DNA of 64,000 nucleotides from an uncultured Clostridia bacterium (GTDB taxonomy: Bacteria; Bacillota; Clostridia; Christensenellales; UBA1242), in assembly GCA_944377365.1 (NCBI GenBank), contig CALWEQ010000003.1, positions 2,429-66,428 on the forward strand, read 5' to 3'. The number at the start of each line of letters is the position of its first letter. Position 1 is the first letter of the stretch. Shown in pieces: positions 1 to 7,817 of the stretch. Under the pieces are notes generated by a model, which saw only the letters and a list, made by a program, of their open reading frames with translations, searched no databases and had not been told where the DNA came from. The translations under genes were made by a program, and so were the position numbers.

Positions 1-3000
1 ATTAGTGATAATTATGTTTTTAAGCTCAGTGTTTACTGGCATTCCACTTTGATCATTGTAACCTGTAGTAATACCAAAAAGCCCTTGATATGAGTAATTA
101 TCTAAACTACCTGATGGAGTTTTAATTCCAGAAATAGTGTAGCCTTGACCATCATAATTTCCTGCAAATGCTCTGTTTAGTTCCTCATTTGTAAAACGAT
201 CATATGCGACACCAATTGGTTGCCATGTGTGTGCAGAAAGATCAATATCACCTGTTTGAACAAAATAAACATCAACTAAATATGAATTATACACATCCAT
301 AAAATTTACACTTTGAAGACCAAATTCTTCAGGGTGATAAATTATATATGATAATCCCGCTAAATCTTGTGCGTCTTTTATTTTGTAAGGATTTTCTTTT
401 GTTCCTGCACCATATAATGACGGGTTAGAATTGTTAAACCATGATGTGTCGTAATTTCCATCAGCTAGCCACCAATCTGTTGGATCATCTGCTGTTTTAA
501 AAATAGGATAGCCATTGTTTTCGGAGGAATCAATTTTCCAGCAGAAAGTAAAATCCCAAGCCAATGTGTCCTCACACCATGCTTGTTGTTTAGCTTTATT
601 CGCTAAATCTTGTAAACATGTTGCACCACTGTTATCAGTGATAGAATTGTCGGCATAATAACAATTGTTTGAATAAGCATTGGTTATAGGATGCATATTT
701 GCAGAAGAGTTCGTAGAAAAACTTCCTAAATTAAAACTGTTAAACACTTTTAGAGAACTTTGATCATCAACATAAGCAATACCGCATATTGTGACGTTTG
801 TCCCTCCATTTACAGTTATGTTGCCAATGTTATAACAATCAGTAACAGAATATCCGCTGATTGATGTTATGCCATAAATATTACAATAAGCATTGCTAGT
901 GCCATTTATAGTAACAGTTATTGAACCCTTGTTGAAGCAATTAATTGCAGAGTAACTTGAGGTAGAAATGCCACCAACTTTTACATCACCGAATTCAGAA
1001 TTAACACTTAAGATTATGTTTCCAGCGTTGTAAGATTTAGATACAATACTACTAGCAGTTCCTGCCAGCCCACCGACGTTTCCTCCAAGTGCATTTACAG
1101 TGCCTGTGTTGTAGCAATTCGCAAGAGCTGAACCTTTACCAACTACACCACCAACATCGCCAATGTCACTTAAACATGTAACTGTACCTGCATTGTAGCA
1201 ACCAGTCATTTCACCATAATTAGTCCCAGCAACACCACCAATTGATCCATATCCAGAAACTAAACTTGTGTTGTAACAATTTGTTAGGATTGCATTATAA
1301 TTTGCCATACCAACAACTCCACCAACATCTGAAGAGCCACTTATATCACTATTGATTATGCCAACATTTTTTATTGTTGAAGAGCTTTGTGAATCCAAGG
1401 TGCTTGCACTAACATATCCAAACAATCCTTGATAACTGCATTTAGCAATATTTCCTTCTGGAGTGCTCAATCCAGAAACTGTGTGATTTCCACCATCGTA
1501 ATTTCCTGCAAAAGCATTAATATTTGTCAAACCATCGCGAGAATAATAAATTCCTATTGGTTGCCAAACATGTGCTGACATATCAATATTTTCGGTTTGG
1601 AGAAAGTGCTTGTCTGCAAAAACAAACTTGTCACTGCCATTAGTCAAATAATGCGTGTTTAGCACTAGTTGATTGCCATTTTGACCACATGTGTAAACAA
1701 GCCGTGAAAGACCTGCGAGATCTTCGGCAGAGTTGATTATGTAAGGGTTCTCTTCTGTTAAACCGACTTCTTCTCCAGCACTTGTAAACCACTCTATTGA
1801 ATAGTTCCCTTCATTGATCCACCAATCAATTGGATCCTTAAGCGTAGGATATCCGTCGTTAACGTTTGATTCCAACTGCCATGTAAAAACAAAATCCCAT
1901 TCATATGATGAATCCCAATTTGAAGAAGTTGTGTACCACGAAAGTTCTTTTGGAGTTTCAGTCGTAAGATTTGAATCATAAACTGCTTGGCCTGCTATAT
2001 CGGCGCCATTGATTCCTCCAACTGTTGACGGGCAATCACCACCATAGTAGCAGTTGGTCGAGTTTAAACTATCAAAATATCCAACAATTCCACCTACATC
2101 CGAGTTACTAGTTGCAGTGCTTGTGACAGAGCCTGTGTTATAGCTATAGTATATGCTTATAAAATCAACAGACCCCACAACTCCGCCGACACGTTGAGAA
2201 CCACTAACAGAGCCTGTGTTATAGCAGTTGGTTATTGTTGCATTTGCATTTAAAACTTCACCGATAATGCCACCTACACGTGATTTTGAGCCTGTTATTG
2301 CTCCCGTGTTGTAACAATTGCGAATTGAAACATTTGCAGAATCACTTCCTTCATTGTTGTAAACACTGCCAACTATACCACCTACTTGTGAATCATTTCC
2401 ATATGTGTCGGTAGCTTCAACTTCTGCTGTGTTATAAGAATCTGATATTGTTACAGAACCTGTGAGAGAAGAAATTTTTCCAATAATTCCTCCAGCAAAA
2501 TAATCAACACAAATTACTTGCGCAGAATTAAAGCACTTACTGATAAGCAAACTTCCTGAAATGTATCCAGCATCTCCAACAATTCCCCCAACATTGATTG
2601 TTCCTCTTACGAGGCCTATACTTTCGCAATTTAAAAGTTCTACTTTACCACTTCCAAATGAAGAGTCGACCATACCAACAATTCCACCTACGTGTTGTCC
2701 AGACCCATCAACTATTGCTGAACTGGAAATATTGCTAATAAAAATATCACCAGAAAAAGTATAAACCCCACCAACCAAGGCCCCAACATAACCACAACCT
2801 TGGATAGATGCGTTTTGAATGTTAAGATTTTCTAAACCAGTTTGATTGTTTGCATCATAAGACGATACCACACCAAACAGTCCTTGAGCATAATAAGCAT
2901 AATAACCAGTCAAGTAATCAGCTGGCGGTGTGTACAATCCAGAAATCGTGTGACCATCACCGTTGAAATTCCCAGAAAAAAGGTTAAGTTTTTGATTGTT

Positions 3001-5271
3001 TTGTCTATCGTTTTGAATACCTATTGGTTGCCAATAATGAGCGGAAAGATCTATGTCAGCAGTTAGTTTAAAATGCTTTCCATTAAACACATGATTGAAT
3101 CCATCTTGAGTGGAAACATAATCCTCTCCAGCTGTTAAATAAGTGTTTTCTGCATCCCCTCTTGTGTAAACAAGCCATGAAAGGCCTGCAAGGTCTTCGG
3201 CTGAGTCAATTATGTAAGGGTTGGAAGCCGAGCCGTCGCCATAAGTTGTTTTATCAGAACTTGTGAACCATTCGATCGAGTAATAACTTGGATCGCTGAT
3301 CCAATAAGTGATTATAAATGATGGATAACCGCCGTTTCTTCCTGCATCCAAAGTCCAAACGTTTTCAAAATCCCATGGAGAATCAGGATCCCAATTCGAT
3401 TCAGTCGTATACCACGAAAGTGTTTTTGGAGTTTCAGTCGTAAGGTTTGCATCATGTTCTGCTTGGCCAGGTACATCAGCGCGATTTATTCCTCCAACAC
3501 TTGACGGGCAATTTGCACCATAATAGCAGTTGGTTATGATGATTGTACCAGAAGAAGCATTAGTAAAACTAACCACTCCACCTACTGGTGACGAACCACT
3601 GACAGATCCTGTGTTATAGCAGCTTGTTATTGTTATAATACTAGATGAAGAAGAAGGAGAAGCAACTCCCACAACTCCGCCGATATATTGACTAGAGCCT
3701 GTAACAGAAGCTGTATTGTAGCAATTTATTATGGTTATGTTATATAAAGCTTGTCCTACTATTCCGCCTACTTGAGATGAACCATTGACAAAGCCTGTGT
3801 TATAGCAGTTGGTTATTGTTATAGCCCTTGATGAAGAAGAAGCGGAAGCAAAACCCACAATTCCGCCGACATAATTACCTGAGCCTGTAACAGAGCCTGT
3901 GTTATAGCAGTTGGATATTGTTATGTAAGATAAAGCTTGTCCCACAACTCCGCCGACACCTATAGAACCACTAACATAACCTTTGTTATAGCAGTTAGTT
4001 ATAATCATAGCATTAGAAGAAGATCCATCAGCATTTCCCGCAACTCCGCCGACACAAGAGGAAGATCCTGTGACAGAGCCTGTGTTATAGCAGTTGGTTA
4101 TGGTTGCATTTGAACTAGCAGATCCCACAACTCCGCCGACATATGATGAACCACTAACAGTTCCTGTGTTATAGCAGTTGGTTATTGTTGTGCCAGCGGA
4201 TCTTCCCACCACTCCACCGACATATGAGTAACTCGTTGCAGTGCTGGTTACATTTCCTGTGTTATAGCAGTTGGTTATAGTTGTACTGCCTGAAGCATCT
4301 CCCACAACTCCGCCGACATATGAAGAGCCACCATTAACAGAGTCTGTGTTATAGCAGTAGGTTATGGTGATTGTGCCAGAAGCATTTCCCACAACTCCGC
4401 CGACAGTGTTGCCAGAACCATTAACAGCACCTGTGTTATAGCAGTTGGTTATGGTGATTGTGCCAGAACCAGAAGAAGCTTCTCCCACAACTCCGCCAAC
4501 ATATGAAGAACCACTGACAGTTCCTGTGTTATAGCAGTTGGTTATGGTTGTACTGCCAGAAGCATATCCCACAACGCCACCAACATATGAATAACCTTGA
4601 ATGTCAGAATCTACAATTCCTATGTTTTTTATTGTCACTCGATAACTCGAACTTGAAGAATTAACATGCCCAAACAAGCCTTGATAGTTATATCCACTAG
4701 ATGATCCTGCTGGTGTAAATACGCCTGATACCGTGTGATTGCCACCATCATAACTGCCTGAAAAATAATTTTGTCTAGTCGTCCCATCACGAGTACGATA
4801 AATTCCTATTGGTTGCCAGTAGTATGCAGAGAGATCGATGTTTGCTGTTTGTTTAAAATACTTGCCTTGGAAGGTGTAACTCCCTGAATAGTCTGTGCCA
4901 GAAACAAGTGGATTGTCAGATTGACCTCTTGTGTAAACCAGCCATGAAAGGCCTGCAAGGTCTTCGGCTGAGTCGATTATGTAAGGATTGGATTCCGAGC
5001 CGTCGCCGTAGGTTTCTGTGTCTGGATTGTTAAACCATTCGATTGAATAACGACCTTCGGTTGTCCACGAGCCATCAGTATTGGTTGGGCCTGTTGGAGT
5101 CGTGCCGTCAACAGCGATCGTTTGCTCGCTTAAAGATTTTGACATTGGGTCCCAAATGACTACAACGCCTAAAAAAAGCGCGAAGCATAAAAAATAACAC
5201 AAAACCACAGTAATCAACTGAGATTTGGTCAAGCCTGTGTTTTGAAAAAATCTTTTAAATTTTGCTTTCAT
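1..5271 (-). CDS. Giant modular cell-surface protein with GLUG-type repeats. The start codon is in the window and the stop lies beyond position 1, so it is at least 1757 aa.
   Basis: ATG at 5271..5269 follows an SD (AAAAGGAGTGCTATG). The frame is open for all 1757 codons down to position 1; an in-frame stop would have produced a listed ORF. N-terminal TM/signal segment LITVVLCYFLCFALFLGVVVIW. Four reiterated modules each carry IEWF..NPYII(D/N)SAEDLAGLS..WQPIG..GxYDGxGHT(I/V)SG, followed by (V/I)GG(V/I)VG...ITNCYNTG repeats (GLUG-motif type). Confidence 0.85.
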   Translation of the reverse strand, partial: MKAKFKRFFQNTGLTKSQLITVVLCYFLCFALFLGVVVIWDPMSKSLSEQTIAVDGTTPTGPTNTDGSWTTEGRYSIEWFNNPDTETYGDGSESNPYIIDSAEDLAGLSWLVYTRGQSDNPLVSGTDYSGSYTFQGKYFKQTANIDLSAYYWQPIGIYRTRDGTTRQNYFSGSYDGGNHTVSGVFTPAGSSSGYNYQGLFGHVNSSSSSYRVTIKNIGIVDSDIQGYSYVGGVVGYASGSTTITNCYNTGTVSGSSYVGGVVGEASSGSGTITITNCYNTGAVNGSGNTVGGVVGNASGTITITYCYNTDSVNGGSSYVGGVVGDASGSTTITNCYNTGNVTSTATSYSYVGGVVGRSAGTTITNCYNTGTVSGSSYVGGVVGSASSNATITNCYNTGSVTGSSSCVGGVAGNADGSSSNAMIITNCYNKGYVSGSIGVGGVVGQALSYITISNCYNTGSVTGSGNYVGGIVGFASASSSSRAITITNCYNTGFVNGSSQVGGIVGQALYNITIINCYNTASVTGSSQYIGGVVGVASPSSSSSIITITSCYNTGSVSGSSPVGGVVSFTNASSGTIIITNCYYGANCPSSVGGINRADVPGQAEHDANLTTETPKTLSWYTTESNWDPDSPWDFENVWTLDAGRNGGYPSFIITYWISDPSYYSIEWFTSSDKTTYGDGSASNPYIIDSAEDLAGLSWLVYTRGDAENTYLTAGEDYVSTQDGFNHVFNGKHFKLTADIDLSAHYWQPIGIQNDRQNNQKLNLFSGNFNGDGHTISGLYTPPADYLTGYYAYYAQGLFGVVSSYDANNQTGLENLNIQNASIQGCGYVGALVGGVYTFSGDIFISNISSSAIVDGSGQHVGGIVGMVDSSFGSGKVELLNCESIGLVRGTINVGGIVGDAGYISGSLLISKCFNSAQVICVDYFAGGIIGKISSLTGSVTISDSYNTAEVEATDTYGNDSQVGGIVGSVYNNEGSDSANVSIRNCYNTGAITGSKSRVGGIIGEVLNANATITNCYNTGSVSGSQRVGGVVGSVDFISIYYSYNTGSVTSTATSNSDVGGIVGYFDSLNSTNCYYGGDCPSTVGGINGADIAGQAVYDSNLTTETPKELSWYTTSSNWDSSYEWDFVFTWQLESNVNDGYPTLKDPIDWWINEGNYSIEWFTSAGEEVGLTEENPYIINSAEDLAGLSRLVYTCGQNGNQLVLNTHYLTNGSDKFVFADKHFLQTENIDMSAHVWQPIGIYYSRDGLTNINAFAGNYDGGNHTVSGLSTPEGNIAKCSYQGLFGYVSASTLDSQSSSTIKNVGIINSDISGSSDVGGVVGMANYNAILTNCYNTSLVSGYGSIGGVAGTNYGEMTGCYNAGTVTCLSDIGDVGGVVGKGSALANCYNTGTVNALGGNVGGLAGTASSIVSKSYNAGNIILSVNSEFGDVKVGGISTSSYSAINCFNKGSITVTINGTSNAYCNIYGITSISGYSVTDCYNIGNITVNGGTNVTICGIAYVDDQSSLKVFNSFNLGSFSTNSSANMHPITNAYSNNCYYADNSITDNSGATCLQDLANKAKQQAWCEDTLAWDFTFCWKIDSSENNGYPIFKTADDPTDWWLADGNYDTSWFNNSNPSLYGAGTKENPYKIKDAQDLAGLSYIIYHPEEFGLQSVNFMDVYNSYLVDVYFVQTGDIDLSAHTWQPIGVAYDRFTNEELNRAFAGNYDGQGYTISGIKTPSGSLDNYSYQGLFGITTGYNDQSGMPVNTELKNIIITN
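3481..4600 (-). repeat. Coding tandem repeat array: 12 consecutive GLUG-type units of 27-33 codons in the N-terminal module of the giant gene
   Basis: The units read SYVGGVVGxASGSTTITNCYNTGxVSGS. The 23-nt string CCTGTGTTATAGCAGTTGGTTAT recurs exactly on the + strand starting at 3794, 4079, 4163, 4256, 4430 and 4523, and also at 2213 in the next module. Confidence 0.85.
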
Positions 5272-5468
5272 AGCACTCCTTTTGAGCAAAGCGACGCCTT
5301 GCGTTTTAATTTTTTTAAAAGTCATGCGAGCAAATAAAATCCAGCGTGTGAAAAAGGGCGACCGAGCGGAGCGAGGGCAAAGCTCGGAAAGAGCTTTGCG
5401 ATTTGCGGTGAGCAAATAGCCCTTTCGTAGTATGTAGACGGCTTACTTACATCGTGTTTACATACTTA
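5272..5468 (-). promoter_or_regulatory. GC-rich structured 5' leader of the giant surface-protein gene; candidate attenuator or riboswitch-like element of unrecognised class
   Basis: Lies between the promoter at 5475..5504 and the SD. Positions 5341..5440 contain 55 G+C per 100 nt by direct count. Perfect hairpin GCAAAGCTC-TTTCC-GAGCTTTGC. An enclosing pairing GAAAGGGC...GCCCTTTTTC ends in a U-run. A competing pairing is CCGAGC/GCTCGG. Confidence 0.35.
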
Positions 5469-5474
5469 TGACTT

Positions 5475-5504
5475 ATTGTAACAAAAATAACATTTTTTAG
5501 TCAA
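5475..5504 (-). promoter_or_regulatory. Sigma-A type promoter for the giant gene
   Basis: Minus strand reads TTGACT (5504..5499), an 18-nt spacer, then TGtTACAAT (extended -10; hexamer at 5480..5475). Confidence 0.55.
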
Positions 5505-5596
5505 ATAAATTCGATATATTTCTTAATTTTTCGAGAATATTTTTTTACTAATTAAAAACGAATATATAAAATATTTTAAAAACAATAAAAATAATA

Positions 5597-5622
5597 AAAC
5601 CTTTATAAAAAATAAAGGTTTG
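5597..5622 (-). terminator. Intrinsic terminator after divIVA
   Basis: Hairpin AAACCTTTAT-loop-ATAAAGGTTT directly after the divIVA stop, followed by a T-rich tract on the minus strand. Confidence 0.5.
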
Positions 5623-5627
5623 TTTAG

Positions 5628-6272
5628 TCAATTTTCGTTGTAGAAATTAAAAGCTTTCATGATTTCGTCTAACCCCATTTTAGGATTTACTGCTTCTTTT
5701 AGATCGAATCCATTTTCGGCATTTGCATCCTCTTTTTTGACTGAAATTCTGGCAATCCTAACTTCTTTTGGTGGATCAGTCTTCACCCCTTCGCTTGATT
5801 TACGATATTCCTGCATTTTCCCAAGCAAAGCTCTCATTGTGTCGTTGTGTGAATTTACTGGCATAGTGAGAATGCCACCAACGTTTTCATTTTTTGCCAT
5901 TGCCAAATTATCGTCCAGATCAGATAAAATTGATGAAAGAGCTTTGTCTTGTTCAAGTTCTGGATGTAGCATATAAATTTTTTTCATTACATCTTCAAAT
6001 TTACGATAAACTAGTCGCATTTGTTCAATTTTCAAAGCATAAATGCTTTTCGAACCATCTTCTTGCACTTTTCTCACATCTTCGAAAACCTGAATGGCTT
6101 TTAATATGTTTTTCTCTTTAGCCTCCACTTCTTCACGATGTTTTTGGGCATCCAAGCATTTTTTTTCTGATTCTAAAATTGCAAGTTTTTGCTCCATTAT
6201 TTCAGTTTTTAATTTTGCAATGTACTGATCGACTTCGTCGCGGTCATAACCATTAAACTCACTTTTAAACAA
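5628..6272 (-). CDS. divIVA: DivIVA-domain cell-division protein
   Basis: N-terminal F..GYDRDEVDQYI motif followed by a long coiled-coil. TTG start at 6272, 7 nt after GGAG. Confidence 0.75.
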   Translation of the reverse strand: MFKSEFNGYDRDEVDQYIAKLKTEIMEQKLAILESEKKCLDAQKHREEVEAKEKNILKAIQVFEDVRKVQEDGSKSIYALKIEQMRLVYRKFEDVMKKIYMLHPELEQDKALSSILSDLDDNLAMAKNENVGGILTMPVNSHNDTMRALLGKMQEYRKSSEGVKTDPPKEVRIARISVKKEDANAENGFDLKEAVNPKMGLDEIMKAFNFYNEN

Positions 6273-6274
6273 TG

Positions 6275-6790
6275 CTAACTCCTTTTACACTTGTTTTTAA
6301 ACCTAGCAAGGATTATAACACAAATGATTAAGAAAATAAAGAAAAATGATAAACTTGTTGCAAGAAAAATTGTCAAATTTAAAATGTTGAAACAAAAAAG
6401 AAAAGCAAGGGCTGTTTCAACGGTGATTAATGCACCAACAAAAAGTTGATATTTTTGGTGCGTGAAGAGAAAAGTTAAAATTGAAGCAACACCAAGAGCT
6501 GATAAAAAATATAAATATTTAAAGTTTAAATCAAAAAAATAACAAAAAAAACCTGCAATTCCAATCAAAACCAACAAAAAACCTAAATAACAAGATGAAT
6601 CCAACTTAAAAAGCAGACTTTTTAAAAGGCAGTGCGCTCCAACAAAAAAACAAAAGAAAAAAAACCACAAAAATTCGTTTTTAATGTAAATTAAGCTAAA
6701 AACAACAAAAAAAATTGTTAAACCGAGATTTATCCAACCACTGATTTTTAATATAGTGCTTTTTTTTATTCCAAAAATTCTGCCTTGCAT
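6275..6790 (-). CDS. Polytopic membrane protein, function unknown
   Basis: Very hydrophobic, Phe-rich 171-aa ORF between lgt and divIVA on the same strand. No recognisable motif and no SD. Confidence 0.5.
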   Translation of the reverse strand: MQGRIFGIKKSTILKISGWINLGLTIFFVVFSLIYIKNEFLWFFFFCFFVGAHCLLKSLLFKLDSSCYLGFLLVLIGIAGFFCYFFDLNFKYLYFLSALGVASILTFLFTHQKYQLFVGALITVETALAFLFCFNILNLTIFLATSLSFFFIFLIICVIILARFKNKCKRS

Positions 6791-6818
6791 TCAAAAATTT
6801 TTGACACAACAAAAAAAA

Positions 6819-7787
6819 TTATTCTTCTTGATTAATATTATTCTTTTTTTGGTCAACTTCATTTTTTTGTAATAAATTGATTTTATCCTTAATTTTTTCA
6901 TTTTTAGCAACAGTTAAATTCTTTTTTACACGTTTTATTTGTGCCGTTTTTTTACGCAATGGCTGTTGCAGTTTTGCTGAAAATTCAAAAACTTTTAAAG
7001 GACGCTTAAGCGCATATTTTCTAATGTAAATTAACATCAATATTGCAAGACCGCCGATTATGAGCAGTATGCTTAAAAGCTGTGAAACTTTGATTGCTCC
7101 AATATAAAGACTGTCTCCTCTTATGCCCTCTATCCATGCTCTGCCCGTGCCGTATAATATAAAATACAATGACATGATAACGCCATATTCTTTGATGATT
7201 TTAGCTAAATATAAAACAAGCATAAGCACGGCAAAAGACACAAAGTTCCATGCGCTTTCGTAAAAGAAAGTTGAATAGTGCCAAACCCCATCGATTTGAG
7301 TCGAAAGCGGAAACCACATATGTGACGGATTTGTCACTTCAATTCCATAACAGCAACCTGCAAAATAACATCCAATTCTGCCAATTGCCTGCCCTAAAAT
7401 TAAAGATATGGCAGCAATATCAGCAACTGCAAAAAAATTCTTTTTATGAATGAAGCAATAAAGCATTATCGCAACTGCGCCACCAATTACCCCACCATAA
7501 ATTGCAAGTCCGCCATTCCAGACTTCAAAAAATTGCCAAAAAGATGTCAAGCCATTTTCTGAAAATATCACATAATAAATACGAGCCCCTAAAACTGCAA
7601 GTGGCAAAACATAACAAGCGAGTAATAAAATGTCGTCAGCTTTTAATCCTCTTTTTTTAGCATTTAAACAAGCAACTATCACACCCAGCGCCATGGATAA
7701 TGCCATTATAAGACCATAAAAAGTTATATGAAGACTTCCAATATAAAACCCTTGTGAAACGCTTAACATAATTAAGATTATACGCAT
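6819..7787 (-). CDS. lgt: Prolipoprotein diacylglyceryl transferase
   Basis: Motifs GLAIYGGVIGG and GRIGCYFAGCCYG. The real start may be the ATG at 7769 (see the leaderless-promoter finding). Confidence 0.9.
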   Translation of the reverse strand: MRIILIMLSVSQGFYIGSLHITFYGLIMALSMALGVIVACLNAKKRGLKADDILLLACYVLPLAVLGARIYYVIFSENGLTSFWQFFEVWNGGLAIYGGVIGGAVAIMLYCFIHKKNFFAVADIAAISLILGQAIGRIGCYFAGCCYGIEVTNPSHMWFPLSTQIDGVWHYSTFFYESAWNFVSFAVLMLVLYLAKIIKEYGVIMSLYFILYGTGRAWIEGIRGDSLYIGAIKVSQLLSILLIIGGLAILMLIYIRKYALKRPLKVFEFSAKLQQPLRKKTAQIKRVKKNLTVAKNEKIKDKINLLQKNEVDQKKNNINQEE

Positions 7788-7805
7788 AACAAAACATTAT
7801 GTCAA
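7777..7805 (-). promoter_or_regulatory. Consensus sigma-A promoter immediately upstream of the lgt ATG at 7769
   Basis: TTGACA (7805..7800), 17-nt spacer, TATAAT (7782..7777), then 7 nt to the ATG at 7769. Confidence 0.55.
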
Positions 7806-7817
7806 CAAAAAGCTTTG

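Noticed and set aside
1794-3066. Track ORFs 1794..1979(-), 2561..2764(+) and 2842..3066(+).
   Set aside because: They lie out of frame or antisense within the giant GLUG gene, have low-complexity translations and lack SDs. I treat them as spurious.
3481-4600. A regular ~90-nt repeat periodicity that could be mistaken for a CRISPR-like or satellite array.
   Set aside because: The repeats are in frame and encode the GLUG units. There is no repeat/unique-spacer organisation and there are no cas genes.
1-5271. The absence of any long ORF in the supplied track suggested a non-coding region, a pseudogene or an alternative genetic code.
   Set aside because: The minus-strand frame from ATG 5271 is uninterrupted to position 1. 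It is unlisted only because its stop is outside the window. TGA clearly acts as a stop elsewhere (tex, mcsA-like, tsaE), so the code is standard.
5281-5460. Possible c-di-GMP-I (GEMM-I) riboswitch, because of the string CGCAAAGC and the surface-protein context.
   Set aside because: Here GCAAAGC forms one strand of a perfect hairpin rather than a junction. The GGCAAACC element, the GNRA tetraloop/receptor pair and the P2 geometry are not present. No other known riboswitch signature fits either.
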